64,000 nucleotides of DNA, from assembly GCA_963662405.2 (NCBI GenBank), contig CAXXKT010000001.1, forward strand, positions 2,496,001 through 2,560,000. The letters are read 5' to 3'. Below are positions 48,202-56,833 of the stretch, one piece after another. The position numbers and the translations under genes are program-made. Position 1 is the stretch's first letter. Every line of letters starts with the position of its first letter. The stretch is from Syntrophales bacterium. GTDB taxonomy: Bacteria > Desulfobacterota > Syntrophia > Syntrophales > UBA2210. The notes beneath the pieces are model-generated. The model saw only the letters and a program-made list of their open reading frames with translations. It was not told the origin of the DNA and ran no database searches.

Positions 48202-49878
48202 TCAGGCCCTCTGCCGTCGGAGCCGCCGGAACGTGATCCCGGCCAGCAGGCCCATGAAGACGATCATGCCCCATTCCGACAGGGTAGGGATGGACGCAGG
48301 CGCGGCAGGCAATTCACCCTCAAACGCCCCGATATCACAACGAGATCCCACCGGCCGGGCCACGCCGCGCTGGTCGGTGGCCAGACACGAGCCGGGGTTG
48401 GCCGCATCGATGGCCGGGCTGCCGGTGATCAGGGCACACGTGCGGGTAGGGCCTCCGTTGTCCTGCAGCGGGCCGAGATTCGGATCGGCGCCGGTAATAT
48501 TATTGGTCGTTGTTCCGGCAAAAGTGCAGCCGGTTGTGTCCTGAATGAGATTGTAGTCCTGCGAAGTCAATACGGCGGTATTGTAGGTGTAACAATCCGC
48601 GCCCCCGCCGCTGAGGTCGCTGTTTTGGGCGATGATCGTGTTCCCAACCTGAATAATAGTGCCCCAGTCTGATACAAAGAGTCCACCGCCGTTACCCGTA
48701 CCGTTGTTATCGCTGTCGGCCGTATTACCGGTGATGGTCACGTAATTCAGGGCCATGGTCCAATCACGGAAATAAATACCACCACCATCGGTAGCCGTAC
48801 TGTTCCCGGAGAAGGTGCTATTGGCTATGGAGGCCCCCTCGTTGATATGATAAAGGCCACCGCCACCGTTTCCATTGATCCCTGTTGCGGCGTTCCCGGA
48901 GAAGGTGCTGCCGGTGATGTTCAAAATGCCATTGCTGCTAATACCGCCGCCGCATCCATACTGGCCGGTGGCCTGGTTGCCGGAAAAGGTGCTGTCCGTC
49001 ACGATGAGCGTAACTATCCCGCCATCCGCACCGGTAGCAATGCCGCCGCCTTCATAGCCGCTGTTGCCGGCAAAGGTACTGCCGCTTACCGTGATCGTAC
49101 CATCACCGGCAAACAACCCGCCCCCGCCGTAGCCGTTGGCGCACGTATTGTTAGAACACGTGCTGTTAGTAATGCCAACAGTGCCGTAGGTTGCGATGCC
49201 GCCGCCGGCTGGCGAAGTACCGGTCGCCGTGTTTTGACTGAGGGCGCAATCGGTGATGGTGAGCTGGCCGCCGGTCGCATTGTAGATCCCACCGCCTCTG
49301 CCAACACCGGAAGAGTATGTTACGGTGTTGAGGGTGACGGTGTCGTTGTTCAGGATCAGCGTATCGCCGTTGTTGTGGATGCCGCCGCCATTTTCACCGG
49401 TGACGGCGCCGTTGCGAATAGTGACGTCAGAGATATTGACCGTAATACCGCCGGTTCCGGCAGGGTCAAGGTGAAAGATCCGGTCTATGCCGCCGCCGTC
49501 AATAATGGTGCTTCCCGCGCCGGCGCCGGCGATGGTCAGATCGCCGCCGGCCGCCAGGACGTCCAGATCGCCCGTTGCGTTGGCGTTTTCACCGGACCCG
49601 GCAACGGTCAGGGTATAGGTGCCGGCTGGTATGTTGATGGTATCGGCACCGGCGTTGGCATTGGCACTGTCAACCGCCCCGCGCAGGCTGCAATCGTTCG
49701 GAGCGGCCGTGCAGGCGGTGCACAACGGGTCGTCAGCGTTCGTGTCAACATCAAAAAATAAAGCGTAGACTGCTGTGGATGGGGTGGCGACATTCACCAG
49801 TACTGCCAGGAGCGCGGCAGCAACAACTGAACGAAACCGGGGAGTGAGATTGTGCCGGAGGGAAGCGCTTTGGCCCAT
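48202..49878 (-). CDS. Surface protein: CSLREA-like N-terminus, beta-helix repeats, choice-of-anchor Q-like domain, IPTL-CTERM
   Basis: Signal peptide; DCSLRGAV, FSGN/GGG repeats, LGPLQDNGGPT..DQRG..CDIGAFE, IPTLSEWG-TM-RRLRR. Confidence 0.88.
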   Translation of the reverse strand: MGQSASLRHNLTPRFRSVVAAALLAVLVNVATPSTAVYALFFDVDTNADDPLCTACTAAPNDCSLRGAVDSANANAGADTINIPAGTYTLTVAGSGENANATGDLDVLAAGGDLTIAGAGAGSTIIDGGGIDRIFHLDPAGTGGITVNISDVTIRNGAVTGENGGGIHNNGDTLILNNDTVTLNTVTYSSGVGRGGGIYNATGGQLTITDCALSQNTATGTSPAGGGIATYGTVGITNSTCSNNTCANGYGGGGLFAGDGTITVSGSTFAGNSGYEGGGIATGADGGIVTLIVTDSTFSGNQATGQYGCGGGISSNGILNITGSTFSGNAATGINGNGGGGLYHINEGASIANSTFSGNSTATDGGGIYFRDWTMALNYVTITGNTADSDNNGTGNGGGLFVSDWGTIIQVGNTIIAQNSDLSGGGADCYTYNTAVLTSQDYNLIQDTTGCTFAGTTTNNITGADPNLGPLQDNGGPTRTCALITGSPAIDAANPGSCLATDQRGVARPVGSRCDIGAFEGELPAAPASIPTLSEWGMIVFMGLLAGITFRRLRRQRA

Positions 49879-50161
49879 GCGGTATGTACCTCCTGTCAAT
49901 TATATATAATACTGAATATGTGAGATTAAGAATGTCGGTTCACTACGGGTGGTTCGGAAATAATTGATCTTTTCCCGAAAAGCAAACCTTCCGGTACGTT
50001 ACTAGGCAGCGGCTGTTAAGTCAAGAAAAACATGCCCAGGGTTGAATATTTTCTGATCCGATAGTGGGATGGGAATACCTCGGGAAATCAGGAAAACGGG
50101 GGACGCTTTCCACATTGTAGGTGGGGGAAACCGCAGTCTCCCCCATCGATGAACATGCCTG

Positions 50162-50728
50162 TTATGCCTGCACCATGGCACCGTTCCTCTTTTTTGCCTG
50201 CGCCATCACCGCGATGCCCGCGAGAGCGGCGATTACACACAGAACGATATACAAGGCGAATGCCATGTGGTAGCTCTTCGTGTAGTCATAGATCAACCCG
50301 GAGAGGGGCACGCCCACGGCGGTCCCCAGCGTCGTGAAGATGTTCAGGAAGCCGTAGATGACGGCGAAGTGCTTCTGCCCCAGGACGCGGGCGGTCATGA
50401 GCGACGGGAGGACGGTCCGGACGGCGATGGAGAAGCCGAAGAGGACGTTGAAGACAATCGCCACCCACAGGAGCTGTGAGCCGTACAGGAGGGCGATGGA
50501 GATCATCAGGCCGATCATGCAGACGAGGTAGCTCTTCAGGAGTCCCAACCGGTCGGCGTGGCCCCCCACCAGGACCTTCCCCACAATGAAGCATGGTCAT
50601 GTGCAGTGACATGAGCGTTGCCGCCAGTGTGGAGGAGAACCCTATGTCGGTGAGGTAGGGGACGATGTGGTGAAGGACACCCATGTTGGCGGTGGCGATC
50701 AGGAGGATGATGGCGGCCAAGAGCCAGG
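50162..50728 (-). pseudogene. C-terminal MFS transporter fragment with a +1 frameshift near 50589
   Basis: WLLAAII..HIVPYLTDIGFS continues in another frame as IVGKVLVGGHADRLG..LIYDYTKSY; N-terminal half absent. Confidence 0.8.
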
Positions 50729-50835
50729 GGGAAATCTGGGGACATCTTACCTATTTCTATCGAAAGCTATTCGTGTCTGACGACTCCAATACTTCTGACT
50801 CTATAATCCGGACCGGATAAATCTTCTTCAACATA

Positions 50836-50871
50836 GTGCCACTCCCCCGACTCCTGCCGGGGGAGTGGCAC
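50836..50871 (-). terminator. Perfect 14-bp hairpin after nifJ
   Basis: GTGCCACTCCCCCG-N8-CGGGGGAGTGGCAC; no clear U-tract. Confidence 0.6.
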
Positions 50872-50882
50872 CGCTCTAAAGG

Positions 50883-53800
50883 CTATAGACTCGCAAGCCT
50901 TTTGTACCCCTCGAATCTCTCTTTCGCCTCCTCTTCGGCCATCTGATAGACCTGATCGGCCACGTCGGGGAAGAGTCGTTTCAGGCTGGAGTACCGGACC
51001 TCGCCCTTGATGAATTCCTGGAAATCTCCTTTGATATCAGTCGAATCCAGCTGGAAGGGATTTTTGCCTTCCGCCCTGAGGAGCGGATTATAGCGATAGA
51101 GCGGCCAGTATCCGGCCTCGACGGCCTTTTTCTCTTCCTCCTGGCTTTTCCCCATATCGATGCCGTGGTTGATGCAGGGCGAGTAGGCGATGATCAGGGA
51201 AGGGCCGGGATAGTTTTCGGCCTCGATTGCCGCCTTCAGGAACTGCGACTTGCTCGCCCCCATCGCCACGGACGCGACATAGACGTATCCGTACACCATG
51301 GCCATGCGGCCGAGATCTTTCTTGCGGACCGGCTTCCCCTTGGCGGCGAATTTCGCGACCGCCCCCATCTGGGTCGCCTTCGATGCCTGTCCTCCCGTGT
51401 TCGAGTAGACTTCGGTATCCAGCACCAGTATGTTGAGGTCATGATTCTCGGCAATCACATGGTCCAGTCCCCCGTATCCGATGTCATACGCCCAGCCGTC
51501 GCCGCCGATGGCCCAGATCGATTTTTTGACGATCAGATCTTTCAGCCTCAGTATGTTATTCAGCGTGTCCTTCTTCGCCCCCACCGATCGCAGGATCTCG
51601 GTTGAAAGGGCCCCTTCGATCCGGAATCTCAGATCACTGGTCACATCCGGATCGTTCATATGATCGAGCCACGATTGCAACAGGCCCTTGAGTTCCGTTG
51701 AGATATTCTGCCCGACGGCCTCTCTGATATGCATGGCCAGTTTCTCACGCCTCCCTGAAATACCCGCCTCAATACCCAGGACGAACTCCGCGTTGTCTTC
51801 GAAGAGCGAATTGGCCCACGCCGGTCCGTGTCCGTACTCGTTGACGGTATAGGGACAAATCGGTGCAGAAGCACCGTAGATGGAAGAGCAGCCCGTCGCG
51901 TTGCCGATGATCATCCGGTCGCCGAAGAGCTGCGTGATGACCTTGATGTACGGGGTCTCGCCGCAACCGGGGCAGGCACCGGAGAACTCGAAAAGGGGTT
52001 GGCGAAACTGACTCCCCTTGACCGTGTGTTTCGCCATCAGATCGTTCCTGACGGGGACGGTCAGCGAGAATTGATGATTCGGCACCTGCGCCCCGCTCTG
52101 GGTGCTCAGCCGTTTCATGACGAGCGATTTTTCTTTTGAAGGGCAGACCTCCGCGCAGCTCCCGCACCCGAGACAGTCCCGGGGACTTATCTGGATCCGG
52201 AACCGGAGGCCTTTCAGCTCCTTTCCCTTGGCTTCGAGGGTTGCGAAAGATCCCGGGGCCGTTGCCAGTTCTTCCTCCGACACCAGTACCGGCCGTATGG
52301 CGGCATGGGGACAGACAAAGGCGCACTGATTGCACTGGATGCAGTGTTCCGGGATCCACTCCGGCACGTTGATCGCGACCCCGCGTTTTTCATACTGGGA
52401 GGTCGCCGTGGGAAAGATCCCGTCGGGGGGGAGGGCGCTTACCGGGACCTGTTCCCCCCGTTGCAGGGTCATGGGGAGCATGACCGAGTTGACGAATTCG
52501 GAGACATTGTCCAGGGGGTATTCGCTGCGTTGCACCCTGGCCCATGATTCGGGCACCTCGATGACCTCGATGGACCCCAGCGCCTCATCGACGGCGCGTA
52601 TGTTCATATCGACGACCTGGTCGCCTTTCTTGCAGTATGCCTTCCGGATAGCCTCTTTCAGATATCGGATGGCATCATTGGGGGGGATCACATTTGCTAT
52701 CTTGAAGAAGGCGGCCTGCATGATCATGTTGATCCGTCTGCCCAGACCGACCTTGTCCGCGATCCTGAACGCGTCGATATTGTAGAAATGCAGATGTTTC
52801 TCCGCGATGATGTTCCGCAGACCGACGGGCAGCTCCTTCTCCATCTCCTCGACCGTCCACGGGGAGTTCAGCAGGAAGCTGCCCCCCTCGACGATCCCTT
52901 CGAGGAGATCGAACTGGGTGACATACGCCGGGACATGACAGGCGATAAAGTCGGCGTGTTTGATCAGGTAGTGCGACAGGATCCGGTTCGGGGAGAAACG
53001 GAGATGGGAGACGGTGACGCCCCCGGATTTTTTGGCGTCGTACGCGAAATAGGCCTGGGTGAACATGTCGGTCTTTTCCCCGATGATCTTGATGGCCTCC
53101 GTGTTGGCGCCGACGGTTCCGTCCGAGCCGAGCCCCCAGAATTTGCACTGGGTTGTCCCGGGGGGCGAGGCGGAGAATTCCTCCCCGACTTCGAGCGACG
53201 AGTTGCTCACGTCGTCGTTGATCCCCACCGTGAAGGATCGTTTCGGCTCCCACTGATCGAGGTTTTCGTAGACCGCCTTGACCATGGCGGGGGTAAAATC
53301 CTTGCTCCCGAGGCCGTATCGTCCGCCCACGACCAGCTGCCCGAAGCCGCCCTCGTTGATGGCGGTACTGACGTCCTGATACAGGGGCTCGCCGATGGTC
53401 AGGGGGGTCTTGATCCGGTCCAGGACCGCGATCTTCTTGACCGATCTGGGGAGGACCTTGAAGAAGTGCTCCCGGGAGAAGGGGAGGTACAGTCTGACCT
53501 TGATGAGGCCTAGACGGGCCCCTCGCTCGTTGAGATAGTTGATGGTTCCCTCGACGACGTCGCAGCTTGATCCCATGGACACGATGATCTTGTCCGCCTC
53601 GGGATGACCGACGTAATCGAAGAGATGGTAGGGCCTTCCGGTCAGCTGGCTCACCTTTCGCATCTCCTCCTCGATGATCGAGGGGAGCCGTGCGAAATAG
53701 GGGGAGCATGCCTCGCGGTTTTGAAAGTAGATGTCCGAGATCTGCGATGTGCCGCGGGCCTGCGGATGTTCGGGGTTCATCGCCTTTTCTCTGAAGCGTT

Positions 53801-54401
53801 CGATGGCGTACCAGTCGATCAGCTTGGCCATATCCGGGTAGTCGATCAGCTCGACCTTCTGAACCACCATGGAGGTTCGGAAACCGTCGAAACAGTGGAC
53901 GAAGGGGAGACTGGCCTTGATGCTCGCGAGATGAGCGACGAGACCGATATCCATGACCTCCTGGGGGGAAGCCGATGAGAGCAGGGAGAATCCGGTCTGA
54001 CGGACCGCGTTGATGTCGGAATGATCGCCGAATATGCAGAGGGCGTGGCCGGCAACGGACCGTGCCGCCACATGGAAGACCGTCGGGAGCAGTTCACCTG
54101 CTATCTTGTACATCTCGGGTATCATGAGCAGAAGGCCCTGGGATGCGGTATATGTCGTGGACAGCGCCCCTGCCGCGAGTGCCCCGTGTACGGTGGCGGC
54201 CGCACCGGCCTCGGATTGCATCTCGACGATGTCGAGTACCTGACCGAAGAGGTTCTTCCTGCCGCGGGCGGCCCATTCGCTGCAGTACTCCCCGATCGTA
54301 CTCGATGGGGTAATCGGGTATAATGCCGCGACTTCACTCATCGCATACGAGACGTACGCCGCGATCTCATTTCCTTCCAGGGTCCTGTTACATCCAGCCA
54401 T
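50883..54401 (-). CDS. nifJ: Pyruvate:ferredoxin (flavodoxin) oxidoreductase
   Basis: YPITPS, two CxxCxxCxxxCP, FSGACPGCGE, GGDGWAYDIG, NTGGQ. Confidence 0.97.
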   Translation of the reverse strand: MAGCNRTLEGNEIAAYVSYAMSEVAALYPITPSSTIGEYCSEWAARGRKNLFGQVLDIVEMQSEAGAAATVHGALAAGALSTTYTASQGLLLMIPEMYKIAGELLPTVFHVAARSVAGHALCIFGDHSDINAVRQTGFSLLSSASPQEVMDIGLVAHLASIKASLPFVHCFDGFRTSMVVQKVELIDYPDMAKLIDWYAIERFREKAMNPEHPQARGTSQISDIYFQNREACSPYFARLPSIIEEEMRKVSQLTGRPYHLFDYVGHPEADKIIVSMGSSCDVVEGTINYLNERGARLGLIKVRLYLPFSREHFFKVLPRSVKKIAVLDRIKTPLTIGEPLYQDVSTAINEGGFGQLVVGGRYGLGSKDFTPAMVKAVYENLDQWEPKRSFTVGINDDVSNSSLEVGEEFSASPPGTTQCKFWGLGSDGTVGANTEAIKIIGEKTDMFTQAYFAYDAKKSGGVTVSHLRFSPNRILSHYLIKHADFIACHVPAYVTQFDLLEGIVEGGSFLLNSPWTVEEMEKELPVGLRNIIAEKHLHFYNIDAFRIADKVGLGRRINMIMQAAFFKIANVIPPNDAIRYLKEAIRKAYCKKGDQVVDMNIRAVDEALGSIEVIEVPESWARVQRSEYPLDNVSEFVNSVMLPMTLQRGEQVPVSALPPDGIFPTATSQYEKRGVAINVPEWIPEHCIQCNQCAFVCPHAAIRPVLVSEEELATAPGSFATLEAKGKELKGLRFRIQISPRDCLGCGSCAEVCPSKEKSLVMKRLSTQSGAQVPNHQFSLTVPVRNDLMAKHTVKGSQFRQPLFEFSGACPGCGETPYIKVITQLFGDRMIIGNATGCSSIYGASAPICPYTVNEYGHGPAWANSLFEDNAEFVLGIEAGISGRREKLAMHIREAVGQNISTELKGLLQSWLDHMNDPDVTSDLRFRIEGALSTEILRSVGAKKDTLNNILRLKDLIVKKSIWAIGGDGWAYDIGYGGLDHVIAENHDLNILVLDTEVYSNTGGQASKATQMGAVAKFAAKGKPVRKKDLGRMAMVYGYVYVASVAMGASKSQFLKAAIEAENYPGPSLIIAYSPCINHGIDMGKSQEEEKKAVEAGYWPLYRYNPLLRAEGKNPFQLDSTDIKGDFQEFIKGEVRYSSLKRLFPDVADQVYQMAEEEAKERFEGYKRLASL

Positions 54402-54580
54402 TTTCTTTCTCCTTTTCGCCTCAACCGCAATCCAGTCAAGAACATCGTAGTCGTTATGTCGGTTACTTCAAAGAGCGCTCGCGCTGTTCGATCCGGTATC
54501 ATCAAGGAATCCTGTCCTGATCCCTTGCCTTTCACTTCTCATTTTTTTCTTTATCCACCCCACGGGGAGGTGTCCCAAAT

Positions 54581-54653
54581 AAAAAAGCCGCATACCCTCG
54601 TTCCGAGGTGCGGCTTCTCACAAAAAAGCCGCGGGGTTCAGGGCCCGCGGCTT
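54581..54653 (-). terminator. Two tandem intrinsic terminators in the nifJ leader
   Basis: AAGCCGCGGG-CCCTGAAC-CCCGCGGCTTTTTT (54622-54653) and AAGCCGCACCTCG-GAA-CGAGGGTATGCGGCTTTTTT (54581-54616). Confidence 0.85.
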
Positions 54654-54678
54654 GGTTTCTTCATTTAGTTTGGATGAA

Positions 54679-54765
54679 TCAAGCAGCTGACCCCATAAGT
54701 ACTACGGCGAGTACGTATACACGCTTAAGAGATACCGCTACTGCTTTTCCAAACGGACCGATCAT
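54679..54765 (-). CDS. Putative 28-aa leader peptide MIGPFGKAVAVSLKRVYVLAVVLMGSAA
   Basis: GAAGGA RBS 9 nt upstream; six GTA codons; terminator immediately downstream. Confidence 0.75.
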   Translation of the reverse strand: MIGPFGKAVAVSLKRVYVLAVVLMGSAA

Positions 54766-54796
54766 GTATCACTATCCTTCCGTGAAGTGTGGCGCG

Positions 54797-54824
54797 ATTT
54801 TACACGAAGCGAACATATTGTCAA
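54797..54824 (-). promoter_or_regulatory. Sigma70-type promoter of the nifJ leader
   Basis: TTGACA-N16-TAAAAT. Confidence 0.75.
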
Positions 54825-55103
54825 GGTAAAATGGAAACTATTATTGGTGAGTCAATCTTTGGTGCCGTATTTCAATTAGATACAAAGACTCTTCTTTCTT
54901 TGGCGTGGCCTGTCACGCCGGAGATACCTTGAGATATGGCAATTTCTTGACAAGATTGCCATCGAGAGGGTAATGACAGCGTATATTCCGTTTGATGGGC
55001 GGCAAGAGTCTCTGAACGAGACGCCCCGTGGATATCATACGCTGATCATTTCAGCCCCTCTTCCCCGGGATGAGAACCGGAGTTTCAAGGAGTCGCTTAT
55101 CGC

Positions 55104-56654
55104 ATGCAAAGACGTAAGATATTATGGGTAATCGTCATCGTATCGGCTTTGTTCTTTTTCCTTTCAGGGACGGCGTTTGCACAGGAAAAAATGATACACC
55201 GGCACGATCTCCTCGCTCAGGCCAAGGATAAGGGGAAGGTACGGGTTATTGTCACCTTCGGGGTCGCCGGTTTGGAGACGAAGCAGCGGGCATCGCGTCT
55301 GTCACGTGTTCACCCCCCGGGGGCCAAACGCTCCTCTCCCGATCTCGACGCTTTGCGCAAGGCCGATGCGGACCTGGCCGAGACGATTCGGCGGTCATCT
55401 GCCGATCTCTTTGCGGGACTGCGGCTGGACGATGCGATCACGCATGTCTTTCAAACCGTGCCGCAGGCAGTGCTCGTCGTTGATTATGACGGCCTCCTGG
55501 CACTGGAGGACAGCCCCCGGGTGACGAGGGTGGTGGAGGACAGACTGACACCGGCCCCCGACCCTCCCTCGGTAAGCACGACCAGGAAACTTCATGCCGT
55601 AGAGAGCTATGGGGTAAACATCATCAATGCCCCCCAGGCCTGGGCAAGGGGGTATGACGGAGCGGGCTGGTATGTGGCCGTGCTGGATACCGGTGTCCGC
55701 ACGAGCCACGAGATGTTCGCGGGCAAGTATATCGTGGAGGCCTGCTTCAGTACCACATGGGGGACTTTTTCATCATCTCTCTGTCCCGGCGAGGTCCCGG
55801 AAGCGGAAGGTCCCGGTTCCGCCGTTCCGCCGGATCGGTTCGGCCACGGCACCCATGTCAGCGGCATTGCGGTCGGCAACCAGCCGGGCGGCGATCAGAA
55901 GGGCGTGGCGCCCGCGGCCGGTCTCATCGCTATCCAGGTCTTCAGCTATATCCCCAGTTGGGGTGATATCGGATCTTATTCTTCCGATCAAATCAAGGGG
56001 CTGGAATATGTGTACGGCCTCCGCGCCACATACCGTATCGCCTCGGCCAACATGAGCCTGGGAGACAGTGGTTCGCATAGTAGTTACTGCGATAGTGATG
56101 CACGGCGACCGGCTATTGAGAATCTGCGGGCGGCCGGTATCGCGGTGACCATTGCCGGTGGTAATGATGGATATTGCGGAGGAGTGAACGCCCCGGCGTG
56201 CGTCTCATCCGCCGTGGCGGTGGGGGCCTCGGACTCTTTCGACGATCCCTATTCCTGGAATAACTGGCATCCGGTGATGCAGGATATTTTCGCCCCGGGT
56301 GTGTCCATCTATTCGGCAGGCGCGTGGTCCGATACGTATTATAGTACACGGTCCGGCACGAGTATGGCAGCGCCTCACGTGGCCGGGGCCTGGGCCATCT
56401 TCCGCCAGGCCGCCCCGATCGCCACGGTCGACGAGATCGAGGAGGCCATGAAGATAAGCGGCGTCATCATCGAATCAGGCTGCGACACGGAGCCGTCATC
56501 CGGCCCCCGCCTCAACGTGTCAGCCACACTGGCTTATCTCCTGACGACGTTTCCTGTTCCCACCCTGTCCGGGTGGGGGATGATCATCTTTGCGGCACTC
56601 GTGGCCGGCGCGGCGATCGTATTCATGAGGAAAAAAGACGGTATGTCTGTTTGA
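55104..56654 (+). CDS. Subtilisin-family (S8) protease with IPTL-CTERM
   Basis: Signal peptide; VLDTG, HGTHVSG, GTSMAAPHVAG; VPTLSGWG-TM-RKK. Confidence 0.93.
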   Translation: MQRRKILWVIVIVSALFFFLSGTAFAQEKMIHRHDLLAQAKDKGKVRVIVTFGVAGLETKQRASRLSRVHPPGAKRSSPDLDALRKADADLAETIRRSSADLFAGLRLDDAITHVFQTVPQAVLVVDYDGLLALEDSPRVTRVVEDRLTPAPDPPSVSTTRKLHAVESYGVNIINAPQAWARGYDGAGWYVAVLDTGVRTSHEMFAGKYIVEACFSTTWGTFSSSLCPGEVPEAEGPGSAVPPDRFGHGTHVSGIAVGNQPGGDQKGVAPAAGLIAIQVFSYIPSWGDIGSYSSDQIKGLEYVYGLRATYRIASANMSLGDSGSHSSYCDSDARRPAIENLRAAGIAVTIAGGNDGYCGGVNAPACVSSAVAVGASDSFDDPYSWNNWHPVMQDIFAPGVSIYSAGAWSDTYYSTRSGTSMAAPHVAGAWAIFRQAAPIATVDEIEEAMKISGVIIESGCDTEPSSGPRLNVSATLAYLLTTFPVPTLSGWGMIIFAALVAGAAIVFMRKKDGMSV

Positions 56655-56805
56655 TGAACTCGTCCGGATCGACGATGCCGTATATCCGAAGAAGGGGGAC
56701 TCAAAGGTGTCCGTCATAGTCGACAAGCCCGTTCATATGGGTCTCGAAACGCTTGAGGGAAACGATCGGTCGTCACGCCTCTTTACTGATATGCTTTGCA
56801 GAGTG

Positions 56806-56825
56806 CCCCGCGGCAAGCCACGGGG
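56806..56825. repeat. REP-like GC hairpin at the intron insertion site
   Basis: CCCCGCGGC-AA-GCCACGGGG ending 8 nt before the intron. Confidence 0.65.
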
Positions 56826-56833
56826 AGCTTCTC

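Noticed and set aside
49975..50020. Possible c-di-GMP-I riboswitch (GCAAACC...GGCAGCGG)
   Set aside because: Lacks the GNRA stem and GACGCAAAG core, and is antisense to the adjacent gene.
47340..50760. Integron cassette array
   Set aside because: No integron integrase and no convincing RYYYAAC...GTTRRRY attC sites around the genes.
54338..54535. 65-aa ORF between the terminators and nifJ
   Set aside because: No recognisable motif and overlaps nifJ out of frame; treated as UTR.
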